A stretch of 64,000 nucleotides of DNA from an uncultured Chloroflexia bacterium (GTDB taxonomy: Bacteria > Chloroflexota > Limnocylindria > Limnocylindrales > CSP1-4), in the NCBI GenBank assembly GCA_963828165.1, contig CAWHDR010000005.1, forward strand, positions 160,001 through 224,000, read 5' to 3'. Positions 1-10,428 of the stretch are shown here, piece after piece. A program made the translations under genes and the position numbers. The first letter of the stretch is position 1. The number at the start of each line of letters is the position of its first letter. The notes below the pieces were generated by a model. The model did not search any database. It had not been told where the DNA came from and worked only from the letters and a program-made list of their open reading frames with translations.

Positions 1-659
1 TATCGATGAGGGGCTGGTAGTGGAACCCGATGGCACCCAACGGGGGGAGCTGGACCAGGAGGTGGCCGAGTGACCCGACCACGACCCCGATCGCGAGCCC
101 GACGGCACCCATCGACGGAGCCAGCACGATCGCGGCGCCGATGATGGCGAGGTTGTAGACGCTCGGGGCGACCGCAGCGGCCGCGAACCGTCCGCGTGAG
201 TTGAGCACGCTGGTCGCTACCGCGCCCATGGCCAGGAAGATCGGGCTCAGCACCATGATCCGGGTCAGCTCGATCGTGCGGGCCATCGTCGGCGCATCGA
301 AGCCGCCCGCGTAGGCGGGCACGATGACGTCGGCACCCACGAAGACGATCACGCCGAGCACGGCCAGTGCGACGAGCATCAGGTTCGTGACCGTCGACAC
401 CACGCGCCACGCACGTCCTTCCCCGTCGCTCGCCGTCACGCTCGCGAGGACCGGGATGAGCGCGGACGACAGGGCCCCCGCGGCGACGAGCTGGAACATC
501 AGGTCGGGCAATCGGAAGGCGGCGAAGAACGCGTCCGAGCTCGGTGGTGGGAAGGGTGTTGCCGATGACCACGAGGCGCACCCAGCCGAGCACGCGAGAA
601 AACAGGAATGCGCCCGAGACGATCATCCCGGCGCGGGCCAGGGTCCGTGCTGCGGTCAC
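1..659 (-). pseudogene. murJ: Lipid II flippase MurJ/MviN, N-terminal part (runs off window). Frameshifted as sequenced; probably an intact gene with a sequencing indel
   Basis: Manual translation from GTG at 659 (overlaps xerC stop): MTAARTLARAGMIVSGAFLFSRVLGWVRLVVIG..TEL, then after one extra G at ~535-536 DAFFAAFRLPDLMFQLVAAGALSSALIP, the typical MurJ N-terminus. Confidence 0.88.
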
Positions 660-1645
660 GGCCCGTCGCCCCGGCGCGCGCGCGGATGCGCATCGCGGTA
701 GGCCGCCGCCAGGCGACCGGGCGATACGTGCGTGTAGATCTGGGTCGTCGCCAGGTTCTCGTGTCCGAGGAGCTCCTGGACGACGCGCAGGTCCGCGCCG
801 CCGTCGAGCAGGTGCGTCGCGAAGGAATGCCGAAGCGTGTGTGGCGATACGCCCTGGGGGAGGCCGGCTCGGCGGCACAGTCGGTCGAGCCGGTACCGCA
901 GACCGCGGACCCCGAGCGGCGCGCCGTGGTGGTTCAGGAAGACCTCGGTCGGCGCCGGGTCGGCGTCGCCGGCCGGGCGGCGGTCCAGGAGGATCGGGCG
1001 GCCGTGGTCCAGGTACGTTGCGAGGGCCGCGAGGGCCGGCCGGCCCAACAGGCCGATGCGTTCCTTGCGGCCCTTGCCGATCACCCGGATCTCGCCGCGG
1101 CGCGGGTCCAGTGAGCCGAGATCCGCGGCGGCGAGCTCGCTGATCCGCAGGCCCGCGGCATAGGCGGTCTCGACGAGCGCTCGGTCGCGCAGCGCCAGCG
1201 CGATGGCGACGGCGATCCGATCCGGGCTGGCCGCCTCGGCTTGGGTCAGCTCCGCATCCACCGCGGCGAGCAGGCGGTCGACCTGGTCGACCTCCAGGAC
1301 CCGCGGCAGCCGCCGCGGCAGCCGCGGCGTCGCGATGGCGCCCCATGGGTCACCGGCTGCGAGACCCTCACGGGCGGCCCACCGGTGGAAGGACCGGATC
1401 GCTGCCAGCCGCTGGGCGACGGTCGTCCGTGCCGCGGTGCTCCCGAGATGCGCCAGGTACGCGCGCAGGTCCGAGCGCGCGGGACGCGCCCAGTCCACGC
1501 CACGTTCGAGGAGCCAGGAGAGGTACGCCCCGACGGCCGTGGCATAGGCCCGGATCGTGTGCGGTGAGGCGTCGCGAGCCGCGAGCGAGCGGAGGAACCG
1601 CTCGAGCGCCGGATGGGTCGCAGGATCGCCCGCGACCGCGCTCAC
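656..1645 (-). CDS. xerC: Tyrosine recombinase, XerC/XerD family
   Basis: Catalytic motifs GLRISEL, GKGRKER, HTLRHSFATH, LLGHENLATTQIY; directly downstream of topA. Confidence 0.9.
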   Translation of the reverse strand: MSAVAGDPATHPALERFLRSLAARDASPHTIRAYATAVGAYLSWLLERGVDWARPARSDLRAYLAHLGSTAARTTVAQRLAAIRSFHRWAAREGLAAGDPWGAIATPRLPRRLPRVLEVDQVDRLLAAVDAELTQAEAASPDRIAVAIALALRDRALVETAYAAGLRISELAAADLGSLDPRRGEIRVIGKGRKERIGLLGRPALAALATYLDHGRPILLDRRPAGDADPAPTEVFLNHHGAPLGVRGLRYRLDRLCRRAGLPQGVSPHTLRHSFATHLLDGGADLRVVQELLGHENLATTQIYTHVSPGRLAAAYRDAHPRARRGDGP

Positions 1646-4050
1646 GCGCCGGCGGCCGGTTCGGTCGGGGCCGCCCGTCGTGTGCTGCCGCGTGCGCCGC
1701 CGCGGGTCGTGCGGGTCCGCCCGCCGGCGCGGGCGCCACCGGACCGGCCGCCACGGGCGGGTCGGGCCAGCGCGGCCGGATCGGCCGGGCCACCCGGATA
1801 CCGCTCGCCAGGGACGATGGTGTCGGGGGTGGCCTCGCTCGCGGACCCGCAGATCAGGCAGATCGCGGCCTCGCCCTTGCGTGCCAGCGGGCCATCATCG
1901 ACATCGTGCGACCCACCGAGCGGTTCGTTGTTCGTCGTGAAGTCGCACTTGGGGTACTTGGAGCACCCCCAGAAGACGTTGCCGGTCCGTCGCGCGCGAC
2001 GCGGGACCAGGATCCCGTCCTTGTTCTTGGGGCAGACGACCTCGAACGGGAGCGGATCCGGCGGCGGCGGACCCTCCTTCTTGATGTAGTCGCACTCCGG
2101 GTATCTGGAGCAGCCCAGGAACGGCCCGTAGCGCCCGTTCTTGCCGACCAGCGTGCCCTCACCGCACTTGGGGCAGACCTCTCCCTGGCCGTCCTGCGGT
2201 GGCGGGAGGTCTTCGGGCAGCGGTCGCGTCTCCTTGTGCTCCGGGTAGAGGGAGCAGGCGAGGAAGCGTCCGTTGCGCCCGAAGCGGATGACCATCGGGT
2301 GGCCCTCAGAGCACACCTCGTCGGTCTCCTGCACCGGGCCGGGCCGCGCCGCCGCGGCGTCGATCGCGTCCGTCAGCGGACCGTAGAACGCGCGAAGGAG
2401 CGGCACCCAGGCTCGCTCCCCGGTCGCGACCTCGTCGAGCTCCTCCTCCATCCTCGCCGTGAACGCAACGTCCACGTAGTCGCCGAAGTTTTCGACCAGG
2501 TAGTCGGTGACCACCATGGCCAGCGGATCAGGCCACAGGCGGCGCTCCTCGACGCGCACATATCCCCGGTCGACGATCGTCGAGATGGTCGCGGCGTAGG
2601 TCGACGGCCGTCCGATCCCGTGCTCCTCGAGCGCCTTGATCAGGGTCGCCTCCGTGAAGCGCGGCGGCGGTTCGGTGAAGTGCTGGGTCGGGGTGACGTC
2701 CCGCACGCTGGTGGCGTCGCCCTCGGCCAGGGTCGGCAGACGGCCGCTCCCCTCCTCGTCCTCGTCGGCGTCGTCATCGCGACCCTCCGTGTAGACGCGA
2801 GCGAATCCCTCGAACAGCGTCTTGGTCGAGCTGGCCCGCAGCTCGTACGGTCCGTCGGCGAGCTCCACGGTCGTCGTCTCGAGCTCCTTGGGCGCCATCT
2901 GCGAGGCGAGCGCGCGCTGCCAGATGAGGCGGTAGAGACGCAGCTCCTCGGGCTTGAGCGTGCCTTCCAGTGAATCGGGATCGCGCCGGAACGACGTCGG
3001 GCGGATCGACTCGTGCGCCTCCTGGGCACCCTTGGACTTCGTCTTATAGACCCGACCCTTCGGCATCGTGAACGGGTCGCCGTAGCGGGCGGCGATGACC
3101 TCGCGTGCTTCGCCCATCGCGATGCCGGCGATCGCGGTCGAATCGGTTCGCATGTAGGTGATGAGCCCGTCGGGCGTGTCAGCGCCCTCGTACAGCCGCT
3201 GGGCGATCGACATCGTCCTCTTGGGGCTGAACGAAAGCTTCCGGCTCGCCTCCTGCTGGAGGGTGGAGGTCGTGAATGGTGGTGCCGGCGATCGCTTCTG
3301 GGTACGAACACCGATCTTGCGCACGACCGGCTTTGCCTCGCGCAGCGCGGTCACGTGACGCTCGGCCGTGACCTCGTCGGAGACATCGAGCGCCTCGCCG
3401 TCGATCCGGACGAGCTCGGCGGCGAACGTGTCGCCGGCGGCCGTCGCGAGGATGGCCTCGATCGTCCAGTACTCGCGAGCGGTGAACGCATCGATCTCGC
3501 GCTCGCGCTCGACCACGAGCCGGACCGCTACGGACTGGACGCGGCCGGCCGACAGGCCGCGGCGTACCTTCTTGCCGATGAGCGGGCTGAGGGTGTAGCC
3601 GACCAGCCGATCGACGATGCGGCGGGTCTGCTGGGCGTCGACGAGGTTCTGGTCGATGTCCCGCGGATTGGCGAACGCGTCGCGGATCGCGGACTCCGTG
3701 ATCTCGCTGAAGGTCACGCGCCGGGTCTTCGCGACGGGGACGTGGGCGGCCTCGGCGACGTGCCAGGCGATCGCCTCACCTTCGCGGTCGAGGTCGGTCG
3801 CGAGGAAGACGAGATCCGAGCTCTTGGCTGCCTTCTCGATCTCGTTGACCTGCTTGCGCCGGTCGTCGTTGATGACGTACTCGGGCTCGAACTCGTGATC
3901 GACGTCCACGCCGAACTTGCCCTTGCCCGGGTTCTCGGGCAGGTCGCGGACATGGCCGTAGGACGCGAGGACCTTGTAATCGGTCCCGAGGTATCGCTCG
4001 ATGGTGCGCGCCTTGGCCGGCAATTCGACGATGACGAGGTTCTTTGACAC
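1642..4050 (-). CDS. topA: DNA topoisomerase I with C-terminal zinc ribbons
   Basis: Toprim start SKNLVIVE.PAKA, ATDLDREGE, SAGRVQS, LITYMRTDS, GIGRPSTY, C4 zinc-ribbon repeats; GTG start at 4050 preferred over the ORF-track start. Confidence 0.96.
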   Translation of the reverse strand: MSKNLVIVELPAKARTIERYLGTDYKVLASYGHVRDLPENPGKGKFGVDVDHEFEPEYVINDDRRKQVNEIEKAAKSSDLVFLATDLDREGEAIAWHVAEAAHVPVAKTRRVTFSEITESAIRDAFANPRDIDQNLVDAQQTRRIVDRLVGYTLSPLIGKKVRRGLSAGRVQSVAVRLVVEREREIDAFTAREYWTIEAILATAAGDTFAAELVRIDGEALDVSDEVTAERHVTALREAKPVVRKIGVRTQKRSPAPPFTTSTLQQEASRKLSFSPKRTMSIAQRLYEGADTPDGLITYMRTDSTAIAGIAMGEAREVIAARYGDPFTMPKGRVYKTKSKGAQEAHESIRPTSFRRDPDSLEGTLKPEELRLYRLIWQRALASQMAPKELETTTVELADGPYELRASSTKTLFEGFARVYTEGRDDDADEDEEGSGRLPTLAEGDATSVRDVTPTQHFTEPPPRFTEATLIKALEEHGIGRPSTYAATISTIVDRGYVRVEERRLWPDPLAMVVTDYLVENFGDYVDVAFTARMEEELDEVATGERAWVPLLRAFYGPLTDAIDAAAARPGPVQETDEVCSEGHPMVIRFGRNGRFLACSLYPEHKETRPLPEDLPPPQDGQGEVCPKCGEGTLVGKNGRYGPFLGCSRYPECDYIKKEGPPPPDPLPFEVVCPKNKDGILVPRRARRTGNVFWGCSKYPKCDFTTNNEPLGGSHDVDDGPLARKGEAAICLICGSASEATPDTIVPGERYPGGPADPAALARPARGGRSGGARAGGRTRTTRGGARGSTRRAAPTEPAAGA

Positions 4051-4142
4051 GGCCGGGAGTGTAGCACCGGGTCCTTCGCGGACCCTTCGCTCATTCGAGG
4101 GGCCCGCGGCGTCCGTCGGTCGCGCCCGAAGGGCGCGCGGCA

Positions 4143-4481
4143 TCAGACCTCGCGGATGCGTCGGAGGAAGTCCTCGTCGATCTCGAGGTTCTCGTCGTCG
4201 TCGAGCGACTCGGCCGGGGGCGCCGCCACGGGTACCGCGACCTCGACCGCGACCTCGAGCTCGGTGCCGACGAGGGACCGCGGTGGGATCTCGACGAACC
4301 GAACGTGGAGGTACGGGAAGAAGAAGACCGCGTTGATGTCGTCGATGAACACCGGGCGCTTGCCGTCGAGGGTCTTCATGTTCGTGCAGCGGACGCCCAG
4401 GTCGAGGGCCGTCGGGAGCTCGAACAGGTCGACGACGACCGGCTGCTCGTTGTTGAGGTGGAGGACGGCGTTTCGGATCAT
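4143..4481 (-). CDS. Hypothetical protein (112 aa)
   Basis: Globular-looking composition with acidic C-terminal tail; co-oriented with neighbours. Confidence 0.7.
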   Translation of the reverse strand: MIRNAVLHLNNEQPVVVDLFELPTALDLGVRCTNMKTLDGKRPVFIDDINAVFFFPYLHVRFVEIPPRSLVGTELEVAVEVAVPVAAPPAESLDDDENLEIDEDFLRRIREV

Positions 4482-4533
4482 GACCGCATGGTGGGCCGCC
4501 GCAACGCCCTTTGGAGTGGCCCGATGGTCCCGT

Positions 4534-6191
4534 CTAGGGGTGGTAGAAGTCGACGACGAGCCGAACGCGCCCGCCCGACACCCACACGCCGATGCCGGCG
4601 CGGTCGTACTGGCTGTTCATCATGTTCACGTAATGGCCACCGTTGTAGGACTTCTCGCTCTGGAAATAGAGATGGCTGCCGAGGACGGCGCCCCTCGGGT
4701 TGCCGGAACGGCAGCCGAGGTTCTCCGCCCAGCGGTAGCTCGTGTAACCGGCGCGGCGCAGACGGTCGCCCGGGTTGCCGCCGATGAAGTGGCTGCAATC
4801 CGCCCCGACGGCCAGCTTCTTGGCGTACGGCCGCGCGACCTTGCTGCTGATGCCGCTGTCGAGCCTGAGCGGGGCGACGTTTCGGCCACCGGGGCTGCTG
4901 CAGCCGCCACTCGACGTCACCCAGCCACCGGTCCGTGTGCAGTTCATCAGGCCCAGGTAGAACCGTTCCACCGACGCCCAGCTTCCTCCGCCGACGGAGC
5001 CACCGCCGCACCGCCACCGCCACCGCCGCCACCGCCCGATCCGCCGCTGGGCGGTGGGTCGCTGGTCGTTTGCCGTGCGACCGGCTTCAGCTCGGTCCGG
5101 AACGCGGCCTGCTCGGCGGCCTTGAGCGGAACGCCGTCGGCGCTTCGCGCCGATCGGGCGACGGTCGCAACGACCCGCGTGTCGTAGGCGAATGATTTGG
5201 CCGGGTCGAAGACGAGGACCGTGTCGTTCTCGGCGAACGTGACCTTGCCCTTGATCGGCTTCCCGGCCACGAGGACCTTGAAGGCCCGCTTCACGGAGGC
5301 GCGGTCCATCTTCTGGCTGAAGCGCACCGAGATATCCGTGGGCCGCGCCACGTCCTGCGTGCGCGCCGCCGGCCGGAAGCGAACGACCGCCGGGGCGACG
5401 GCGGTCCTGACCGCCATGGCGATGCGCTCTACGGGGACGCCGTCGCGGTCGGTGACGCCCTCCACGATCAGCGTATAGCGGGTATCGGCCTTGAGCGCCT
5501 TGTTCGGCGTGAAGACGTAGCGCGGCAGACCGTCGACGTCCGACTCGACCGTGAGCTTGCCAGGGACCGCGGGGTCGAGCCGAACAGCCGTTGCCACGCT
5601 CGCGGCGTCCACGGGGCGATCGAACCCGACCGAGAACGTGGTATCGAGCGCGACCCGCTTGGCAAGCTTGTCGGTCGCCGCGACCACCGGGGTCGTCGGC
5701 CCGCGGGTCAGGAACGCCGCCCGCACGGGCTTCGTCAATGGCCGGCCCGTCCCGGCGAGCGCGCCCGGCTGGACCGTGATCGTGTGATACGTGTCAGCCG
5801 CCCAGTGCGCGACCGGCACGATGGTCACGGCCGTGTCGTCCTCGTTCCAGAGCAGCTCGACGGCGGTCGGTGGCTCGACGACCAGCGCGGCCTCGACCGA
5901 CGCGCGCTCCATGGGGGTCGAGAATCCGACGACCGTAGCGGCCTGGAGCTCGACGCCGGTACCGACCGAGGTCCGGAATGCGGCCTGGGTGAGGGGCACG
6001 ATATCGGTCGGTGGGGTGGCGGTCGTGAGGGTGGGCCGAACGAACGCCACGACCCCCAGTCCGAGCGCTGCCCCCAGGCTGAGCGCGACGGTCGCGCGCA
6101 CGATCCCCGATCGCCGCAGGGCGGTGGCCGCGTAGATCGCGGCCAGCACCGGGACGGCGAGGATCGCGATGATGAGCTTCCGCAATACCAT
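4534..6191 (-). pseudogene. Membrane-anchored protein with ~3 bacterial Ig-like (Big_5/SbsA-like) domains, Gly linker and C-terminal CAP/SCP domain; split by a 1-bp frameshift in the GGN linker (~5010)
   Basis: ORF 4947-6191 has N-terminal TM segments and repeated FSxPM/FDRPV/FSQKM Ig motifs; ORF 4534-4971 has CAP motifs (SH, AENL, GHYVNM, GIGV); restoring one G in GGT-GC-GGC joins them. Confidence 0.75.
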
Positions 6192-6321
6192 TCCCTGACT
6201 GGGTCAGTGGGGAGCGGCGGGGAGACATCCGCGCGGCCGCTGCGTCTCGTTGGGGCGTGACGCGTGACCGAGGGTAGCACCGACCTGGCAAGCCGGGCAA
6301 CCCTACGTTGGGCAGGGTGGC

Positions 6322-7635
6322 TCATCGTGGTCTGATCGGGGAACGTTCGCCCAGGAGCGGACCAGCAGGCCGATAGCGCCCGTGGATCCCCACCGCGAGA
6401 CCGCGGCGCTCGAGCAGGACGAGCGCGGTGAGGACGGTCGCGATCGGCAAATCCGTGACGGCCACGAGCTCGTCAACCGTCACGTGGCCGGCGACCAGCT
6501 GGGCGGCGATCCCGCCCTCGACCGCCCCGAGTGACTGCGTCGTCGCCGCCGCGACCGCGTCGCGCATCCCCGCGATCGGGCGGGCGAACCCCAGGTCCGC
6601 GATGAGCTGCGGGACGCCTGCGACGATGTGCGCCTCGTGCTCCCATTCGCGCAAGAACGCGAGGCAACCGGCCGACGCGGGGGCGTCGAGGCTGCCCGGC
6701 ACGAGATAGCACGGTCGACCCTGCTCCAGCGCCCAGGATGCCGTGATGAGGGCGCCGCTCCGGGCTGGCGCTTCCACCACGACCGTCGCATCGCTCAGGC
6801 CGCTGATGATGCGGTTGCGCCGGGGGAACGTTCCGTGACTCGGCTTGACGTCCGGGGCGAGCTCGGAGACGACCGCGCCACCGCCGGCGATGATCGCTGC
6901 CGCCAGTCGCGCGTGCGACCTCGGCGCAACGACGGCGTGACCACCGCCGATGACCGCGACCGTCGTCCCGCCCGCTCGGACCGTGGCTTCGTGCGCCACG
7001 CCATCGATCCCGAAGGCCAGCCCGGACACGACCGTGGCATCTGCCGCGACCAGCGCCGTCGCGATCCGGCCCGCGGTCGTCCGACCGGCGGTGGTCGCGC
7101 GACGCGTCCCGACGATCGCGGCGGCCCGCTCCCGGCTCAGGGCGGCCGGGTCGCCGGTCACGAACAGCACGTGCGGCGGCATGGCGATCGAGGCGAGACG
7201 CGACGGATACGTGGGCTCCTCGACGGTCACCACCCGGACGCCGAGCGAGCGGACGCGCTCGACGATGTCGGTCGACTGCTGGGCGGCCACAGCGATGGCG
7301 CGCGCGACACCGGCATGGATCGGGGCCTGGTCACGCCCGTCGGCTCCGCCCGAGCGCGTCGCCATCAACCGCTCGACGCCAGCCGACCCGGCTGCGACCT
7401 CCATGATGGCGCGGCCGGTCCCGAACTCGGCGAGCAGGGCGGCGAAGCCCACCGGTCCCAGGCCATGGGCGCTGGTCAGAACCGTCCAGGCATCGCGCTC
7501 GCTCGCGTACGGGTCGGTCGGGTCGTCGGCGATCGGTCGTCGGCCATCCGGGTCGAGTGGCTGGACACCGCCATGGGCCGCGGGCGGCGAACCCGTAGCC
7601 GACGGAGACGGCCCGCCGCTGCCGACGCCGAGCAT
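6322..7635 (-). CDS. dprA: DNA-processing protein DprA
   Basis: AIVGTRRAT, VVSGLAFGIDGVAH, FPRRNRIISGL, VVEAPARSGALITA motifs; C-terminal winged helix. Confidence 0.95.
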   Translation of the reverse strand: MLGVGSGGPSPSATGSPPAAHGGVQPLDPDGRRPIADDPTDPYASERDAWTVLTSAHGLGPVGFAALLAEFGTGRAIMEVAAGSAGVERLMATRSGGADGRDQAPIHAGVARAIAVAAQQSTDIVERVRSLGVRVVTVEEPTYPSRLASIAMPPHVLFVTGDPAALSRERAAAIVGTRRATTAGRTTAGRIATALVAADATVVSGLAFGIDGVAHEATVRAGGTTVAVIGGGHAVVAPRSHARLAAAIIAGGGAVVSELAPDVKPSHGTFPRRNRIISGLSDATVVVEAPARSGALITASWALEQGRPCYLVPGSLDAPASAGCLAFLREWEHEAHIVAGVPQLIADLGFARPIAGMRDAVAAATTQSLGAVEGGIAAQLVAGHVTVDELVAVTDLPIATVLTALVLLERRGLAVGIHGRYRPAGPLLGERSPIRPR

Positions 7636-9206
7636 CAGGACGCCAGCGCCTCGGCGGCGCGCGTCGCCGGCGAGCGGTACCAGGCGGCCTCGTCGAGGTG
7701 GACGGCCTCCACGCTCATCGAGCCATCCAGGTCGGCGATCGTTCGCGCCACCCGAAGCAGCCGTTCCGTGCCGCGACCGGACGCGAGCTCGTCGTCGGCG
7801 AGGGCGACCACGCGCGCGGCCGCCGCGGGAGACAGCCGGCAGGCGCGCCGGAGGGTCCTGCCCCGCAGCCGCCCGTTGAGAATCCCGCGATCAAGCGCCG
7901 AGCGAGCCCGCGCCGCGGCGATGCGCGCCCCGACGGCTGCAGACCCTTCCGGATCCCGTACGGCGACGATCGCCCCGGCCGACATCCGCGGCATCATGAC
8001 CCACAGGTCGATCCGGTCACGAAGTGGCCCGGACACGCGGCGTCCATAACGCTCGATGTCGCCCGGGGTGCAGCGGCAACGCCCTTCCGGCACCGTGCCC
8101 GCGAACCCGCACGGGCACGGATTCATCGCGGCAACCAGCTGGAAGCGGCACGGGAAGGTCATCGTGCGGCCGGCTCGCGCGATGACGACCCGCCCCTCCT
8201 CGAGCGGCTGCCGGAGGGCCTCCAGCACGTCCCGGTCGAATTCGGCCAGCTCGTCGAGGAACAGCACGCCCAGGTCCGCCCTCGTGATCTCGCCGGGCGT
8301 GATGCTCGGGCCGCCACCGACCATGGCCGCGTAGGACAGCGTGTGATGCGGCGATCGGAACGGCGGCCGGCGGTGGAGCTCGCGCACGGGTCCCTCCCCG
8401 GCAGCCGATGCCACGATCGACACCGACAGCGCCGCCGCGTCGTCGAGCGGTGGCAGCAGTCCGGGGATCGTCCGCGCGAGCAGCGTCTTGCCTACGCCGG
8501 GCGGACCGATCATGAGCATGCCGTGGCCGCCGGCGAGGGCGATCTCGAGGGCACGCCGCGCCTCGAGCTGGCCACGGACCTCGGCCAGGTCCGGGACGGC
8601 AGGCGCGCCACCACCGGCACCGTGGTCGGGCGCGTCCGTGGCCGCAGCCGTGTCCGAGATCGTCACGCGGGGCATCGCCACGAGCGCGCGGCGGGACCGG
8701 CGGCCGCGCACCGCGACGGTCGCCTCGGCCAGGGTATCGACGGCGACGACCTCGACGCCGTTGACGAGCCGAGCCTCGTCGGCCGCCGAGGCCGCCACGA
8801 CGACCCTCCGGACCCGCTGGCGCGCCAAGCACGCCACCATCGGGAGGATGCCGGGCACCGGACGCACCTCGCCGCCCAGCCCGAGCTCGCCGATCAGCGC
8901 GACAACGGCGCGGTCCGCGCGCACCTGCTCGGAGCCGAGCAGGATGCCCAAGGCCATCGCGAGATCCAGGGACGCACCGGTCTTGCGTAGCTCTGCGGGC
9001 GCAAGATTGACGGTGATCCGGCGCGGCGGAAACACGAAACCGGCGTTGCGGATCGCCCCACGAACCCGTTCGCGGGCCTCCTGGACCGCGGTGTCCGCAA
9101 GCCCGACGATCGCGAAGCCGGGCAGCCCCGGGGCGACGTCGACCTCGACCCGGATGAGCCGCCCGTCGAGCCCGTGGAGGGTGGCGGACGGGACGACAGC
9201 CAACAT
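7635..9206 (-). CDS. comM: YifB/ComM family Mg-chelatase-like AAA ATPase
   Basis: VNLAPAELRK, GPPGVGKT, PFRSPHH, VLFLDEL, AAMNPCPCG, SGPLRDRID. Confidence 0.93.
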   Translation of the reverse strand: MLAVVPSATLHGLDGRLIRVEVDVAPGLPGFAIVGLADTAVQEARERVRGAIRNAGFVFPPRRITVNLAPAELRKTGASLDLAMALGILLGSEQVRADRAVVALIGELGLGGEVRPVPGILPMVACLARQRVRRVVVAASAADEARLVNGVEVVAVDTLAEATVAVRGRRSRRALVAMPRVTISDTAAATDAPDHGAGGGAPAVPDLAEVRGQLEARRALEIALAGGHGMLMIGPPGVGKTLLARTIPGLLPPLDDAAALSVSIVASAAGEGPVRELHRRPPFRSPHHTLSYAAMVGGGPSITPGEITRADLGVLFLDELAEFDRDVLEALRQPLEEGRVVIARAGRTMTFPCRFQLVAAMNPCPCGFAGTVPEGRCRCTPGDIERYGRRVSGPLRDRIDLWVMMPRMSAGAIVAVRDPEGSAAVGARIAAARARSALDRGILNGRLRGRTLRRACRLSPAAAARVVALADDELASGRGTERLLRVARTIADLDGSMSVEAVHLDEAAWYRSPATRAAEALAS

Positions 9207-9267
9207 GGCGCCACCCTAGCGACGCTCGCTCACCCCGCCATTACCGGCCGCTCACCGGCGGCTCACC

Positions 9268-10428
9268 TCAGCGGGCGGTGACGGTCTCGGCGGCGGTCGC
9301 CTTGTCGATCGCGCGGGCGAAGTGCAGCAGCGACGCCCCGAGCGGCGAATCGGCTTTCGTGAACATGAACGGCGCCCCGGAGTTGAGGGCGCTGATCGCT
9401 CCCCGGTACTCGTTCACGACCTGGTGGTCGATGGTCCGCTTCAGGGCGCCCTCAGCGTTCTTGACGTTGATGCCGGTGAACGCATTCGACCGGTTGAGCA
9501 CGAGCTGGACCTTGTTCGGCGGGTACCCGAGGTGGTTCATCGTCTCGAGGATGAGCCGGACGTTCTTGAGGCAGGACAGGTCGGCAGTCATGACGACGAA
9601 CACCGTCTCGGCCACCTCGAACACGCCGAGGTTGACGTCGTCGAGCCGCTTGTCCACGTCGACCAGGATGTAGTCGTACATCGTGGTCAGGTGCTCGGTG
9701 ATGATCGGGAGGTGCTCCGGGCGCACGAGCTCGGCGGTCTCGGGCGACGGCGGGGCGAGCAAGAGATCCACGCCGGAGTCGTGCTTGACCATGACCTGCC
9801 GGATGAACTCGGCGTCCATCGACGGGGCCGTCACGACGTCGACGACGCTCTTGCGGTCGAGCCCGAGGTCCAGGAACACCCGATGGTCGCCGAACTGGAG
9901 GTTGCCGTCGACCAGGCAGACCTTGCGACCGAGTTCGCGATGCAGGGCGATGGCCGCGTTGATCGCGATCGTCGTCGTGCCCACCCCACCCTTCGCGCCG
10001 TAGAACGCGAGGATGCGGCCCATCGGCGGTCGCGCGAGCAGCGCATCGCGTGGAGCGAAGCGCGCCAGGAGGCTTTTGATGCGGGCCAGCAGCTCGGCCG
10101 GGTGGAACGGCTTGATGAGGTAGTCGTCTGCGCCGGCCCGCAATCCGCGGACCTTCTGCTCCACCTCCCGCTCGGCAGTGAGCATGATGATCGGGACGTG
10201 CGACGAGCCGCCCTCTTCGCTGCGGATCTTGGCCGCGACCTGGTAGCCGTCGAGCTTGGGCAGCATGACGTCGAGCAGGATGAGATCGGGCTCTTCCGCG
10301 CCCCACAATCGGAATCCCTCGGCGCCGTCCCCGGCGATGACGACGTCATAGCCCTCCTGCTTGAGCGTGTACTGCAGGAGACGCTGGACATTCGGGTCGT
10401 CATCGACGACGAGGATCTTTGCGGCCAT
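9268..10428 (-). CDS. Response-regulator receiver fused to CpaE/TadZ-like (MinD/ParA family) ATPase
   Basis: Receiver (ILVVDDD, LLDVMLP, KPF) followed by GAKGGVGTTT deviant Walker A and VDGNLQFGD. Confidence 0.85.
   Translation of the reverse strand: MAAKILVVDDDPNVQRLLQYTLKQEGYDVVIAGDGAEGFRLWGAEEPDLILLDVMLPKLDGYQVAAKIRSEEGGSSHVPIIMLTAEREVEQKVRGLRAGADDYLIKPFHPAELLARIKSLLARFAPRDALLARPPMGRILAFYGAKGGVGTTTIAINAAIALHRELGRKVCLVDGNLQFGDHRVFLDLGLDRKSVVDVVTAPSMDAEFIRQVMVKHDSGVDLLLAPPSPETAELVRPEHLPIITEHLTTMYDYILVDVDKRLDDVNLGVFEVAETVFVVMTADLSCLKNVRLILETMNHLGYPPNKVQLVLNRSNAFTGINVKNAEGALKRTIDHQVVNEYRGAISALNSGAPFMFTKADSPLGASLLHFARAIDKATAAETVTAR

Noticed and set aside
656-1645. xerC as the integrase of a local island
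   Set aside because: It sits in a housekeeping topA-xerC-murJ operon 24 kb from the array with no att sites nearby; action in trans is possible but unsupported
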